The notes: a model not told the origin generated them from the letters alone. A stretch of DNA of 64,000 bases from Polyangia bacterium (GCA_050287845.1 JBNKCR010000020.1:1-64000), one strand, 5' to 3'; shown: positions 19,747 through 30,101, numbered from the stretch's first letter. Made by a program: numbers and translations.

Positions 19747-21435
19747 TTACTTGTATGAAAAGCTGGACCCCCCGATGAATTCGCGCATCAGTGACGTCTG
19801 GGGAATATCCCCGGGGAGTACAGATACCAGCATGGAGAGGAATTTGCGAAGTCGGTACGCTTCGGCAAAAGCGGGATCGCTTCTGGGCACTTCCAGCAAA
19901 TATCGCTCGGCAAAGATTTTGAGCACCGAAAATTCGTAAATCAGCGATGTGTCAAAAATAACATCCGCTGATTCCTGAAACGGAAAGATGTGATTGCGTT
20001 CCCCTTTGCGCACCGAGTTCCAGTTATTGATCGTTTGCGCAGCGGAATACCCGCGATAGTGGCGGTCGCGAACAATGCGGCGAATCAGTCTGACATCAGA
20101 CGTGTTCAGGCGGTTGTGTTCATCCAGCGCCAGCGGATTGAGGGCATTGATGTAAATTTTAAATTTGGCGGCTTCGGGGATTGAAGGGGTGAGCGCATCA
20201 TTGAGCCCGTGAATCCCCTCAATAATCAACACGTCCTGCGCGCCGACTTTCAGGGGAATCCATTTATTGGAATTCGTTCTTTTTCCCGTCTGAAAATTGT
20301 ACGTCGGGGTGAGCACCTCTTCACCCTCCAGAATTTTCTGGAGGTCGTTGTTGAAGCGCTCAAGATCAATGGCCTCCAGGGTTTCGAAATCCCACTTGCC
20401 GTTTTCGTCCAGAGGTGTTTTTTCCCTGTCCACATAATAGTTGTCGAGAGAAATGGCTTTGGGCTCCACCCCGAGGACTTTGAACTGAATGGACAGGCGC
20501 TTTGCGAAGGTGGTTTTCCCGGAAGAGGATGGCCCGGAAATGAAAACCAGCTTTCGATTTCGATCGCTCACCACCGCGTCGGCAATATTGGAAATTTTCT
20601 TTTCATGCAACCCTTCTGAAATCTGGATGACCTGTTTTATTTTTTTTGAAGTGGCGGCGCGATTGAGCTCTGCCACGTGGGCCACTCCCAGCAGGCGGCT
20701 CCATTCCTTGGCTTCTTTGTGGGTGGCATACAATTTGGGTTGCATTCGAACTTCGCGGCAGATGGCATCGCCCTGACTTGGAAACTGGAGAACAAAAGTA
20801 TCTTCTTCCAGACGGATGAGTTTGAAAATGTTGAAGTACCCCGTATGCGGTGCAACCGGGCCGAGACAGAAATCCACAAAGGAACCGAGTTTGACCACTG
20901 ACACGTGGGAAGACGGCCATTGATCGAGAAGCTGATGTTTTACCTTTTCTCCCTTCTGGGTGAACAGCCAACGGGCTTCCTCCACGGTGACTCTCATAAA
21001 TTCAAACGGCACCTTTCGAGCTGCGAGGGACGTCAGCTCCGTGGCCACGATTTCCAGAAACTGATCGGTCACCGGGATGCCGTGTACCCTGAAGTAGTGT
21101 CCTTCGCAGATCGATTGGCCAATGGCAATGTGGTGACCGGGAAAGATGCGGTTCATCACTTCGTAAAGCATCAGGGTCAGATGTCGTTGATACAGGCGTC
21201 CGCCCTGATGACTGCGAATATGCACTGGAGCGATATGACCAGAGCGAAGAATACATGCTTTCAGGGAGACCAGACGGTTATTTATAATCGCAGCGATAAC
21301 ATCGCTATCAGCTGGATGCGGGGCCTCTTTCATCAGTGCGTCAACCGTGGTGCCGCGCGGGATGGATAGCGCCTGATCTCTGTATGTTATATTGGCCGGG
21401 GGTGTTGAACTGTTGGGTGGAATAATGCTTTGCAA
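19747..21435 (-). CDS. Nucleoside (uridine) kinase with N-terminal ThrRS-like domains
   Basis: P-loop GPSSSGKTT, LDNYY, IIEGIHGLN, RRIVRD; probable TTG start after AAGGAGG. Confidence 0.88.
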   Translation of the reverse strand: MQSIIPPNSSTPPANITYRDQALSIPRGTTVDALMKEAPHPADSDVIAAIINNRLVSLKACILRSGHIAPVHIRSHQGGRLYQRHLTLMLYEVMNRIFPGHHIAIGQSICEGHYFRVHGIPVTDQFLEIVATELTSLAARKVPFEFMRVTVEEARWLFTQKGEKVKHQLLDQWPSSHVSVVKLGSFVDFCLGPVAPHTGYFNIFKLIRLEEDTFVLQFPSQGDAICREVRMQPKLYATHKEAKEWSRLLGVAHVAELNRAATSKKIKQVIQISEGLHEKKISNIADAVVSDRNRKLVFISGPSSSGKTTFAKRLSIQFKVLGVEPKAISLDNYYVDREKTPLDENGKWDFETLEAIDLERFNNDLQKILEGEEVLTPTYNFQTGKRTNSNKWIPLKVGAQDVLIIEGIHGLNDALTPSIPEAAKFKIYINALNPLALDEHNRLNTSDVRLIRRIVRDRHYRGYSAAQTINNWNSVRKGERNHIFPFQESADVIFDTSLIYEFSVLKIFAERYLLEVPRSDPAFAEAYRLRKFLSMLVSVLPGDIPQTSLMREFIGGSSFSYK

Positions 21436-21762
21436 TTGGCCTGCCTCCTTGTATTGCCTTTCATTTATTCTACCGCGCTTTACTCGTCGAATCAAATATG
21501 CAAATAACTAAAATTAAATAGAAAATCTGCCTCCTGCAGAATTTGTGCATGCCACTTGGAAAAAAGTTTCCAGGAAGTGCGAAAAGAATCTCGCACTCCC
21601 GTATGTGATTGAAATTAATCACTAATTTCTGAAAGGTAACGACTTCTGCACCGTTTTTGCAATTGCAATTGGATGAGATACCAGGTAGTGGTTGGTCTAT
21701 TAGCGGCAAACGATGTTTGTAAGTATTCGGAATCTTGTTGTTTTATTACTTTTCTTTAAAGT

Positions 21763-21778
21763 TGGCAAGGGGTTTGCA
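21763..21778 (+). promoter_or_regulatory. Sigma-54 (-24/-12) promoter
   Basis: TGGCAAGGGGTTTGCA, with GG and GC at the canonical spacing, ~30 nt before the ATG at 21809. Confidence 0.7.
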
Positions 21779-21808
21779 ATACCCTTCGGTGTACCTGAGG
21801 AGGTGAAC

Positions 21809-21988
21809 ATGAATTGGTTGAACGATATGATTTTTGACCTTCAGAGAAAAATGTTTGGAGAGAAGAAAAGTCATTCCACCTACCACGCGATGTGGAAAAA
21901 CACCAATGAAAGAGACGCCGAAGAGCGGCTGCATCAATTTCAGTCCCGTCTGCAGGATTTAGATAAAAGAATTCTCGAGTTGAGATAG
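21809..21988 (+). CDS. 59-aa hypothetical small protein with coiled-coil-like C-terminus
   Basis: GAGGAGGTGA RBS; heptad-like LHQFQSRLQDLDKRILEL. Confidence 0.75.
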   Translation: MNWLNDMIFDLQRKMFGEKKSHSTYHAMWKNTNERDAEERLHQFQSRLQDLDKRILELR

Positions 21989-22123
21989 TCCTCCCCCCAT
22001 CCACAATTCAATTCTTAAAAAATCAATGAATATGTCATGGAGGTATCCATTCACCTGGACATGGTGGAATAGCGCAGATATATTATCCTCGTTCATAATT
22101 GATAACCACAGATAGGAGGAGCT

Positions 22124-22618
22124 ATGAGCGTCAGGTGTATTTTATCGGTGTTGATTTCAGTCTGGCTGGTGGGTTGCGGTGCCGCTACTTCTTCGATGGA
22201 AGCAGATGACATGACCCTGCCCTCTGCGCCGGGACAATCGAGCGGTGCAGCGAAGAAGAGTACTGATCAGCAACCTGACAAAAAGGCAGAAGAAGCGGCA
22301 ACGTACTGTGAACATCAGGTGAAAAAATCTCATACAACACCTTTCGAGCTCCTGAATAAGAAACAGATTGCCGCGTGCCTCACCGCACTGCGTCCTCAGC
22401 TTCGCACCGATTGTGCAAAGGATGCGAAGCGCCAGGTGATTCTGAAAATTATCATTGGGAGCGACGGCCACGTTGTGGGAGCCTTCCCGGTCGGCGATGG
22501 GGCGGACAGCGCAGAGGCGAGTTGTGTGGCCGAAAAGGTTAAACCGGTTACATTTCCGGTGTTTACAGGAAAAGATCAGCAGATTATCGAGAAGTATCCG
22601 TTCAATATAGAGCCCTGA
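22124..22618 (+). CDS. Lipoprotein with AgmX/PglI C-terminal (TonB-C-like) domain
   Basis: LVGC lipobox; 'I...G.V......SCV......FP.F......YPF' pattern. Confidence 0.7.
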   Translation: MSVRCILSVLISVWLVGCGAATSSMEADDMTLPSAPGQSSGAAKKSTDQQPDKKAEEAATYCEHQVKKSHTTPFELLNKKQIAACLTALRPQLRTDCAKDAKRQVILKIIIGSDGHVVGAFPVGDGADSAEASCVAEKVKPVTFPVFTGKDQQIIEKYPFNIEP

Positions 22619-22928
22619 CGATTGCGCCCGCCGTTTGAACACGCCGTTCCACCGTTATCTGAAACTTCACTGCTGGAAAAAAATTGGTCTCCGATTCATG
22701 GAGGTTTGGTAGTCGACCAAATCGTTGATTGGCTGTCAGAAAATCAAAAATGCCCCGTTATTTAAAAAAATTACATTGTCTTTTTTTTAATGCTTTATAC
22801 TGTTTGTTAACAGTCGTAACGTTTAATAAAAATTAATCAGTTTCCTAATCAGATTTATCAGTGTTTTCCGGTTCAACGCTTTTTATTTTTTTACGACTTA
22901 TTTTTTTCTTAGCTTGGAGTTTCATATC

Positions 22929-25466
22929 ATGTCTGGTTTGCTTACAGTTTTTAATCGCCATTGGCTGAAGCCCTGCGTGCTGGGTGCGATTCTGTTCGGC
23001 TTTTCGTCAGCCTGCAGCAGTTCCTCTGACAATATTCAGAACGGGGATGTGAACGATGATGTGCCTGTTGACACCGGGTCACAGGAGGAGTTCTCTACCG
23101 GGGAATCGGTCGACACAGAAACGGTTGTGGGGGTGGATATTGAGGAGAAGCCGGACGGCAGCGTAGACAATTACGACTATGCCTCGTCCGATGCCGGTCA
23201 GTTTACGGAAACGGGCATATGGGAGCAGGAGCCGGAGTCCTGTGAGCCGCCGCCTTTCCCGGAACTGTTCACCTGCGAGGGAAACCCCGGTCTGTGGGGC
23301 AAGGCGCTGCAGATGGCGTTGTGGTTTTTCAATGTGAACAAATCGGGGGCGGGGATTTCCTGTGAAGATGTGCAGTGGCGGGGGGATGCGCACCGGGACG
23401 ACGCGCATATCCGTCTGGTTTCCGGAGCCGCTGACGGTGTGAATATGAGTGATGCGTATATTCAGAAATATCGCGACACCTTTGATCCGGACGGGGATGG
23501 CGAAGTGGATTTGAGCGGCGGGTATTACGATGCCGGCGATTTTATCAAGTATGGAATTACCAACGGATATATGGCGTCCACAATTGCGTGGGCGATGTAT
23601 GAGTTTCCCGAATCTTTCAAAGAGACCGGCCTGGATATTGAAGCCTTGAAACAGATCAGATGGGTCGCCGATTATTTCATGAAAAATATGTTTGTCGTGG
23701 ATAAAAGTGTTCCGCCTGAAGAATGGGAAGTGGTCGGCTATGCCCATCAGGTAGGCGCTGTTCCGGATCAGGGGTGTGGATGGATGCCACCGGAATTGAG
23801 GGTTGCGTCCATGTGTCCGCGTCCCGGATATTTTGCCACGCTGGAACAGCCCGCAACGGATGTCACAGCAACCAGCGCGGCGGCATTGGCGCTGGTGTCA
23901 TTGGTTACCGGGAGTGACGAAACCTATTCTGCCCGGGTCCTGAAACACGCCATTGCGCTGTACAGATTTGCGGGGAGGGAGCCACTGGGCATCCAGCAGA
24001 CCACCAATGGGTTATATACTTCGGACTACGCCTACGACGATTTGGCCTGGGCGGCAGCCTGGCTGTATGAAGCGACCGATGATGCGGCGTATCTGGATGA
24101 CGCCGTGGAATGGTTGATGAAAATTCCCGGATTCAGTGACGCGTGCAGGGATGCCATTGGAGAAATTCGAATCGGCGGTGAAGACGACGCCTGTTGGCAG
24201 GAACCGTGGACACACAGTTGGGATTCTCTGCGGTCGGGGGTGTTTGTTCGGCTGGCAATATCCATGCGGAATGCGGCTCAGAAAGGTTCCATCGAACAGT
24301 CGGTTCGCGAGAAGTTGGCCACGATGTCAGTGATGTTCCAGAATATCGCAAGAGCGGATTCCATCGCGTGGATGTCGCCGGAAAACCAATCACCACAGGG
24401 ATTTTCACGGAAAGTGAATGTCACCTGGGGCTCGGGCAGATACAATTCCGCCGGTCAGCTGGTTGCGTTGACCTATGCCAGAAATTTTCCACTCGATGAG
24501 GATGTCTCCCGGGAGCTGGTAGACTGGGCGCAGAATCAATCCCTCTATCTGCTGGGGGACAATCAGGTGAATGGCGATCCGGTCGGCAAATCGTTTATGA
24601 TGGGCTTTACTGAAATTACGGATAACTATGCCTCTCAACCACATCATGCGGCAGGTCATGCGTCTATCTATGGCGTCCCCAACAATCCGGTGGAGAATCG
24701 ACATATTCTCTGGGGTGCATTGGTGAACGGTCCGGTGGGGGATGATACCCATGAAGATAAACGGGGAGACTTCGGTTCCAATCAGGTGTCCATCGACTAT
24801 AATGCGGCGTTTGTCGGCGCGCTGGCCGGCAACTACTTCTATCGCGGGCGCGAGGAGCATCAGTGTCCTGACCCCGATTTTCCACCGATGGAGCCTGCTA
24901 TCGACGAGTTTTATACCATGGCCAGGGTGAATACCGAGACCAGCTGCCGAACCCAGTTGACCATTTCCATGATAAATGAGTCCATTCATCCGCCGAGGTA
25001 CAACGAATTTCTTTCATCCCGGTACTATTTTGATGTATCAGAGCTGCTTGCCGCAGGCGTTGATCCGGCTTCGGTGACTGCATCCATCATTTACGACAGT
25101 GGCGACAATATACTTGACGAGGATTTCCATACCGTGTTGAAAGGGCCATTCAAGTGTGAAGACGAATCCAGTGAAGAAGCGGGACACACCTGGTATTTCG
25201 TGTTGAGTTATGCGGGACAGAAATTCTGGGGAAGCCCGACCATACAAATGGGCTCAAGGGAAACACAGATTGAAATCGGTTTGTCTTACCAGGAAGTGTG
25301 CCCATGGAATCCCGGGAATGACTGGAGTTTTGATGGGTTGAACACTGAAGAAAATGTGAAAACGCAGCATATCACTGCTTATGGTGAGGATCGGATGTTG
25401 CTCTGGGGCAAGGAACCCCCCTGCCATGATATTCAGCACATGATCAAGGACCCAGCGGTGGAGTAG
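22929..25466 (+). CDS. Glycoside hydrolase family 9 lipoprotein with CBM3-like C-terminal module
   Basis: SSAC lipobox; DLSGGYYDAGD, YDDLAWAAAWLY, WGSGRY, PHH, GALVNGP, DYNA; CBM3-like RYYFDVSE...WNPGNDWSF. Confidence 0.9.
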   Translation: MSGLLTVFNRHWLKPCVLGAILFGFSSACSSSSDNIQNGDVNDDVPVDTGSQEEFSTGESVDTETVVGVDIEEKPDGSVDNYDYASSDAGQFTETGIWEQEPESCEPPPFPELFTCEGNPGLWGKALQMALWFFNVNKSGAGISCEDVQWRGDAHRDDAHIRLVSGAADGVNMSDAYIQKYRDTFDPDGDGEVDLSGGYYDAGDFIKYGITNGYMASTIAWAMYEFPESFKETGLDIEALKQIRWVADYFMKNMFVVDKSVPPEEWEVVGYAHQVGAVPDQGCGWMPPELRVASMCPRPGYFATLEQPATDVTATSAAALALVSLVTGSDETYSARVLKHAIALYRFAGREPLGIQQTTNGLYTSDYAYDDLAWAAAWLYEATDDAAYLDDAVEWLMKIPGFSDACRDAIGEIRIGGEDDACWQEPWTHSWDSLRSGVFVRLAISMRNAAQKGSIEQSVREKLATMSVMFQNIARADSIAWMSPENQSPQGFSRKVNVTWGSGRYNSAGQLVALTYARNFPLDEDVSRELVDWAQNQSLYLLGDNQVNGDPVGKSFMMGFTEITDNYASQPHHAAGHASIYGVPNNPVENRHILWGALVNGPVGDDTHEDKRGDFGSNQVSIDYNAAFVGALAGNYFYRGREEHQCPDPDFPPMEPAIDEFYTMARVNTETSCRTQLTISMINESIHPPRYNEFLSSRYYFDVSELLAAGVDPASVTASIIYDSGDNILDEDFHTVLKGPFKCEDESSEEAGHTWYFVLSYAGQKFWGSPTIQMGSRETQIEIGLSYQEVCPWNPGNDWSFDGLNTEENVKTQHITAYGEDRMLLWGKEPPCHDIQHMIKDPAVE

Positions 25467-25597
25467 TGGGAAAGTGTAACTGATACGTTGCCATCGAATT
25501 CGGGTAGTCAATTCGTATAATTTCAAAAAAAATACAATAATGTCTGGTGAAGGCGCTTGCACTGATTTGGACTGGCTGATAATTTAGGAAAACTGGC

Positions 25598-26053
25598 ATG
25601 GACGACGCTTTTGCATATCTGGAGAAGATCCCCCCCGAGAAAGAAAATATTATCAGAGGACTGCAGTTGGTGCAGCGTACAGAGGGATATCTGTCCGTCA
25701 GCGCGCTGATGGCTTGCAGTAAATATTTTTGTGTGTCCCCGGCTGAAATTGAAGGAGTGGTCACCTTTTATTCTCAGTTTCGACTGGTGAAACCGGGGAA
25801 GTATCAAATCAGCGTGTGTGACGGCACCGCATGTCACATTAAAGGTTCGTCGCTGATTCTCGATTGGATCTCCACGGAGCTGGGAATTGCAGATGGCGAA
25901 ACGGATGATGCGGGTCTGTTCTCACTCCAGACCGTTGCATGTCTGGGATGTTGTTCTCTGGCGCCGGTATTGTCCATTGACGGAGAGGTGTATGGCAACC
26001 TGAGCCGAAAAAGCGTGTTGCGGATTTTGAAGAAGTACAGAAGGCAGGGATAG
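25598..26053 (+). CDS. NuoE/HydC-like thioredoxin-fold [2Fe-2S] subunit
   Basis: VTFYSQF, CDGTACH, ACLGCC. Confidence 0.92.
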   Translation: MDDAFAYLEKIPPEKENIIRGLQLVQRTEGYLSVSALMACSKYFCVSPAEIEGVVTFYSQFRLVKPGKYQISVCDGTACHIKGSSLILDWISTELGIADGETDDAGLFSLQTVACLGCCSLAPVLSIDGEVYGNLSRKSVLRILKKYRRQG

Positions 26054-27802
26054 ATGAATCAGATTCAGGAAATCCGTGTTGGAGTGAGTTCCTGTGGCCT
26101 TGCGGCCGGAGCGGGCGCAGTGCTGGGCAAGTTGAAGGCAAGTTGCGATGTTCCGGTTGTTCCGGTGGGATGCATCGGGCATTGCTATGCAGAGCCGCTT
26201 GTGGAAGTAGTGACCGGGGCCGAATCGGTTTTTTATGGGAATGTGACTGCGTCTGATGAAGATGTGGCAACACTGCTGAACCTGGGGGAAGAAAAGAAAC
26301 TGGCGTTCAGGCGGGAACGCAGCGAGAAGGAAAATCTGCGAATCACCGGTATCATCGGAAAATTCAACCCGGTTGATCTCGATGCATATATCGGTCATGG
26401 CGGATTTCTGGGATTGCAGAAAGCGTTGACCATGACGCCGTCGCAGTTGGTGGACGAAATCAGGGAGTCGGGTTTGCGGGGGCGAGGCGGTGGCGGGTTT
26501 CCAACTGGCCTGAAGTGGTCGTTGCTGGCCAATAAGAACAGCGCGGAAAAAGTGATTATCTGCAATGCGGATGAGGGAGATCCCGGCGCCTTCATGGATC
26601 GTTCACTGATGGAGTCATTGCCGTATCAGGTGTTGGAGGGAATGCTCATTGCCGCATACGCCACTGGTGCAAACCGATTGGTTGTCTATTGTCGGGCGGA
26701 ATATCCTCTGGCCATCCGCAATCTGACGAGCGCCATTGAAGCTGCCTCGAATCAGGGCCTGAATCTGATTAACGGAAAAGTGATGGATGTGCAGATAAAG
26801 GAAGGGGCCGGCGCCTTTGTGTGTGGCGAGGAAACGGCGTTGATCCATTCCCTTGAAGGAAAGAGGGGGATGCCCCGGTTCAGGCCTCCTTATCCTACCG
26901 ACAGCGGTTATCACGGATTGCCGACCATGATTTCGAATGTGGAAACGTTCGCCAACGTACCGTTGATTGTCCGGGATGGGGCAGCGGATTATGCATCGGT
27001 CGGTACTGCAGGGGGGAAGGGAACCAAGCTGTTCGCCCTTGCCGGCGATGTGACCTGTCCCGGTCTTGTTGAAGTATCCATGGGTATTACCCTCGGGGAG
27101 ATTATCTACGACATCGGTGGTGCACGGAAGGGGGACGTGAAAGCCGTGCAGACCGGTGGACCATCGGGAGGGTGCATTCCCGCCGAGCTGTTTGATACAC
27201 CGGTGGACTACGATTCACTCAAATCCCTTGGTGCGATTATGGGGTCAGGTGGCCTGATTGTGATCGGGCAGAATCGCTGCATGGTGGAAACGGCGCGGTA
27301 CTTTCTGGATTTTACCCACCGGGAATCATGCGGCAAATGCACGTTCTGCCGGGTGGGCGCCAAGCGGATGTTCGAAGCACTCGAACGAATCACCGGCGGT
27401 GACGGCACCCGCGCGGATATCCATTTTCTGGAAGACATGGGACGGAAGGTGAAAGCGGGTTCGCTCTGTGGACTGGGGGCAACGGCGCCCAATCCGGTGC
27501 TGGCGACGCTCCGTTATTTCCGTGAAGAATTCGACGCCCATGTGGATGCACGGCAGTGTCCGGCCAGGGAGTGCGCGGCATTGTCTGATGTGGCTATTGT
27601 AAAAGAAGATTGCACCGAATGCGGGCGGTGTGTCAAAGTCTGCCCGGTTCATGCCGTAAGCAGCGACTATGTGGTGGACAACAGTGTATGCACCCGTTGC
27701 AACAGTTGCATCGAAGCATGCCCGGTACACACCATATTCCGCGTGGATGGGGGCACCGGTTACTATGGCCGGAAGGATGGAGAGGAGCGGGGCAATGTCT
27801 GA
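26054..27802 (+). CDS. NuoF/HydB-like FMN/NADH-binding subunit with N-terminal [2Fe-2S] and C-terminal 2x[4Fe-4S] (Bfu-type B subunit)
   Basis: GRGGGGFPTG, CNADEGDPG, GAFVCGEETAL, ESCGKCTFCR, H...CPAREC, two CxxCxxCxxxCP motifs. Confidence 0.92.
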   Translation: MNQIQEIRVGVSSCGLAAGAGAVLGKLKASCDVPVVPVGCIGHCYAEPLVEVVTGAESVFYGNVTASDEDVATLLNLGEEKKLAFRRERSEKENLRITGIIGKFNPVDLDAYIGHGGFLGLQKALTMTPSQLVDEIRESGLRGRGGGGFPTGLKWSLLANKNSAEKVIICNADEGDPGAFMDRSLMESLPYQVLEGMLIAAYATGANRLVVYCRAEYPLAIRNLTSAIEAASNQGLNLINGKVMDVQIKEGAGAFVCGEETALIHSLEGKRGMPRFRPPYPTDSGYHGLPTMISNVETFANVPLIVRDGAADYASVGTAGGKGTKLFALAGDVTCPGLVEVSMGITLGEIIYDIGGARKGDVKAVQTGGPSGGCIPAELFDTPVDYDSLKSLGAIMGSGGLIVIGQNRCMVETARYFLDFTHRESCGKCTFCRVGAKRMFEALERITGGDGTRADIHFLEDMGRKVKAGSLCGLGATAPNPVLATLRYFREEFDAHVDARQCPARECAALSDVAIVKEDCTECGRCVKVCPVHAVSSDYVVDNSVCTRCNSCIEACPVHTIFRVDGGTGYYGRKDGEERGNV

Positions 27803-29834
27803 ACGCACCATTATATTCAGTATTGACGGGAAGGAAATGCACGCGCTTCCCGGCCAGACGATTCTCGATGTGGCTCAGTTGAACAATATATCCATTCCTG
27901 TGCTGTGTCATCATCAGCATATTTCAAAAACTACCTCGTGCTTTGTCTGTGTGGTACGGCACACGCAAAGCGGTCGGTTCATCCCATCATGTGCGGCCGT
28001 CCCCGAACTGGGGCAGCACTATGAATCGTCATCGAAAGACGTATTCGAGATGCGCCGGACTGCATTGAATCTGCTCTTAAGTGAACATACCGGCGACTGT
28101 GAGGCCCCCTGCACCATATCCTGTCCGGCCCATGCCCGAGTGGAGGAATATGTGCGGGAGGGCCGAAAGGGAAATTTTCTGGAGACGTTGAAAATTCTCA
28201 AACAGAGAATTCCCCTGCCCATTTCTATCGGTCGTGTCTGTCCCCGCTTCTGTGAAAAGGATTGCCGCAGAAATATTCATGATTCGCCGGTGGCAATCAA
28301 TGATTTCAAGCGACTGGCCGCAGACCTTTTCTACGATTCGTACATGGAGGAGTGCAACCCCCTTTCGTCGCGCAAAGTGGCCATTGTGGGCGGCGGTCCC
28401 GCCGGGCTTTCCGTGGCGTATTATCTCAGGCTTGAAGGAATTCAGTCTCATATTCTGGAAATGATGCCAAAGCCGGGCGGGATGCTCAGATATGGTATTC
28501 CGGAATACCGTTTGCCGAAGGCGCTTCTCGAAAAGGAGCTTGCCCATTTCGAAAAGATGGGGGGGATTGAGATTGAGTGCAACCGGACGTTGGGCAAGGA
28601 TTTCAATATTTCCAGTTTGCAGCAGGAAGCTTACGATGCCATTGCCGTCACCATCGGATGCTGGCGCGCTACCGGGATGCGTTGCGAGGGGGAAGCTCTG
28701 GCGGAAAACGGGATTGACTGGCTCCGTCAGATTGCGGAGCAGAACTTTTCCGGAAAAAGTCCGGGAGAGACAGTGGTGATTGGCGGTGGCAATTCGGCAA
28801 TGGATTGTGCGCGTACCGCCATCCGATTGGGCGCGACCGGTGTGCGTTGCCTGTATCGACGTACAGAAAATGAAATGCCCGCTGAACCCATTGAGGTGCA
28901 GGAAGCCAGAGACGAAGGGGTGTCTTTTGAATTTCTTGTGGCGCCTTTGAAACTGGAGAAATCCAATGGCAGGCTGCGGCTCACGTGTATTCGCATGATG
29001 CCTGGCGAGCCCGATGCATCCGGGCGCCGACGTCCGGTTCCCGTAGACGATTCCGCATTCACTGTGATGGCGGATACAGTGATTGCAGCCATTGGACAAT
29101 CGGCCAGCGTACCCGAAGAAGTGAAGACCAACCGGTGGGGATATGCAGACGTGGATGCCGCGGATTTAAATGTGAGCGGCAATGTATATGCGGCGGGGGA
29201 TTGTGTCACCGGCGCAGCCACGGTGGTCGAGGCCGTTGCCGGCGGACGGAAGGTGGCCATGGCCATTGTGGATCGGTTGAACGGAAGACGTCACGTGGAA
29301 CCGCCTCTGATAAATGTGTCCCGGGGACACTGGCGGTCCATGAGTCGGGACGACCTGGTGTACCTGAAGGAACCCACTGCGGATGGGAGGCTTGAGCTGG
29401 CACATATTTCAATGGCGGAACGGAAAACCAGTTTCCGGGAAGTTAATCATACGGCCAGTGCAGCGGCGGTTTCAAAGGAAGGAACCCGGTGTCTGGAATG
29501 CTCCTGTACGGCGAAAGAAACCTGCACGCTGAAGTCCCATTCCGAAAATTATGGCGCCACGCCGGATGCCATTTCGGGGGAGAAAACAGTGGATGTTCCC
29601 GACACCCGGCATCCCCATATCATTTTCGACAGAAACAAATGCATCAAGTGTGGCATCTGCATAAAAATATGTGCCGAGGTGATTAACGAATCATTGATCG
29701 GATACAAAAAGCGCGGGTTTTATACCGAAGTGGGACCTGCTTTCGGCAGTGCGCTTCCGGACAGTTGCAAAGACTGTATGGCCTGCGTGAAGGCCTGCCC
29801 CGTTGGCGCGTTGGACACCCGGTACAAACCCTGA
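27795..29834 (+). CDS. Fe-S/FAD NADPH oxidoreductase (Fer2 + GltD/NfnB-like + 2x[4Fe-4S]), StnC-like
   Basis: CFVCVV, HTGDCEAPC, GRVCPRFCE, GGGPAG, GGGNSAMD, YRRT, CIKCGIC, CKDCMACVKACP. Confidence 0.88.
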   Translation: MSERTIIFSIDGKEMHALPGQTILDVAQLNNISIPVLCHHQHISKTTSCFVCVVRHTQSGRFIPSCAAVPELGQHYESSSKDVFEMRRTALNLLLSEHTGDCEAPCTISCPAHARVEEYVREGRKGNFLETLKILKQRIPLPISIGRVCPRFCEKDCRRNIHDSPVAINDFKRLAADLFYDSYMEECNPLSSRKVAIVGGGPAGLSVAYYLRLEGIQSHILEMMPKPGGMLRYGIPEYRLPKALLEKELAHFEKMGGIEIECNRTLGKDFNISSLQQEAYDAIAVTIGCWRATGMRCEGEALAENGIDWLRQIAEQNFSGKSPGETVVIGGGNSAMDCARTAIRLGATGVRCLYRRTENEMPAEPIEVQEARDEGVSFEFLVAPLKLEKSNGRLRLTCIRMMPGEPDASGRRRPVPVDDSAFTVMADTVIAAIGQSASVPEEVKTNRWGYADVDAADLNVSGNVYAAGDCVTGAATVVEAVAGGRKVAMAIVDRLNGRRHVEPPLINVSRGHWRSMSRDDLVYLKEPTADGRLELAHISMAERKTSFREVNHTASAAAVSKEGTRCLECSCTAKETCTLKSHSENYGATPDAISGEKTVDVPDTRHPHIIFDRNKCIKCGICIKICAEVINESLIGYKKRGFYTEVGPAFGSALPDSCKDCMACVKACPVGALDTRYKP

Positions 29835-29942
29835 CCATTCGTTGCCGGAGATGGGTATTTGAGTTGTGAGCGTATTGGGTGTTTTCGATACAGAATATGG
29901 TCCGGACCGCGTAAATGCTCAGGACAGCAGCATTTTTATTTG

Positions 29943-30014
29943 TGGGCGTTACTGGATTTGAACCAGTGACTTCAACCGTGTGAGGATTGCACTCTCCCGC
30001 TGAGTTAAACGCCC
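29943..30014 (-). tRNA. tRNA-Val (anticodon CAC), CCA not encoded
   Basis: Reverse complement folds as a cloverleaf: GGGCGTT/AACGCCC acceptor stem, CAATC-CTCACAC-GGTTG anticodon arm, ACTGG-TTCAAAT-CCAGT T arm. Confidence 0.95.
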
Positions 30015-30101
30015 GGTACGAGCCGTTTATAATTCACCTTCGGATTGCTTACAACTGCTTTCAGGATATTTGTGGGAAAAAAAAACCCGAACCGACCTGA
30101 A

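Noticed and set aside
25598..29834. Respiratory complex I, [FeFe]-hydrogenase or glutamate synthase
   Set aside because: No membrane nuo genes, no H-cluster motifs and no gltB large subunit.
29835..30014. tRNA-Val as an island integration site
   Set aside because: No integrase, and I saw no duplicated tRNA 3' end in the window.
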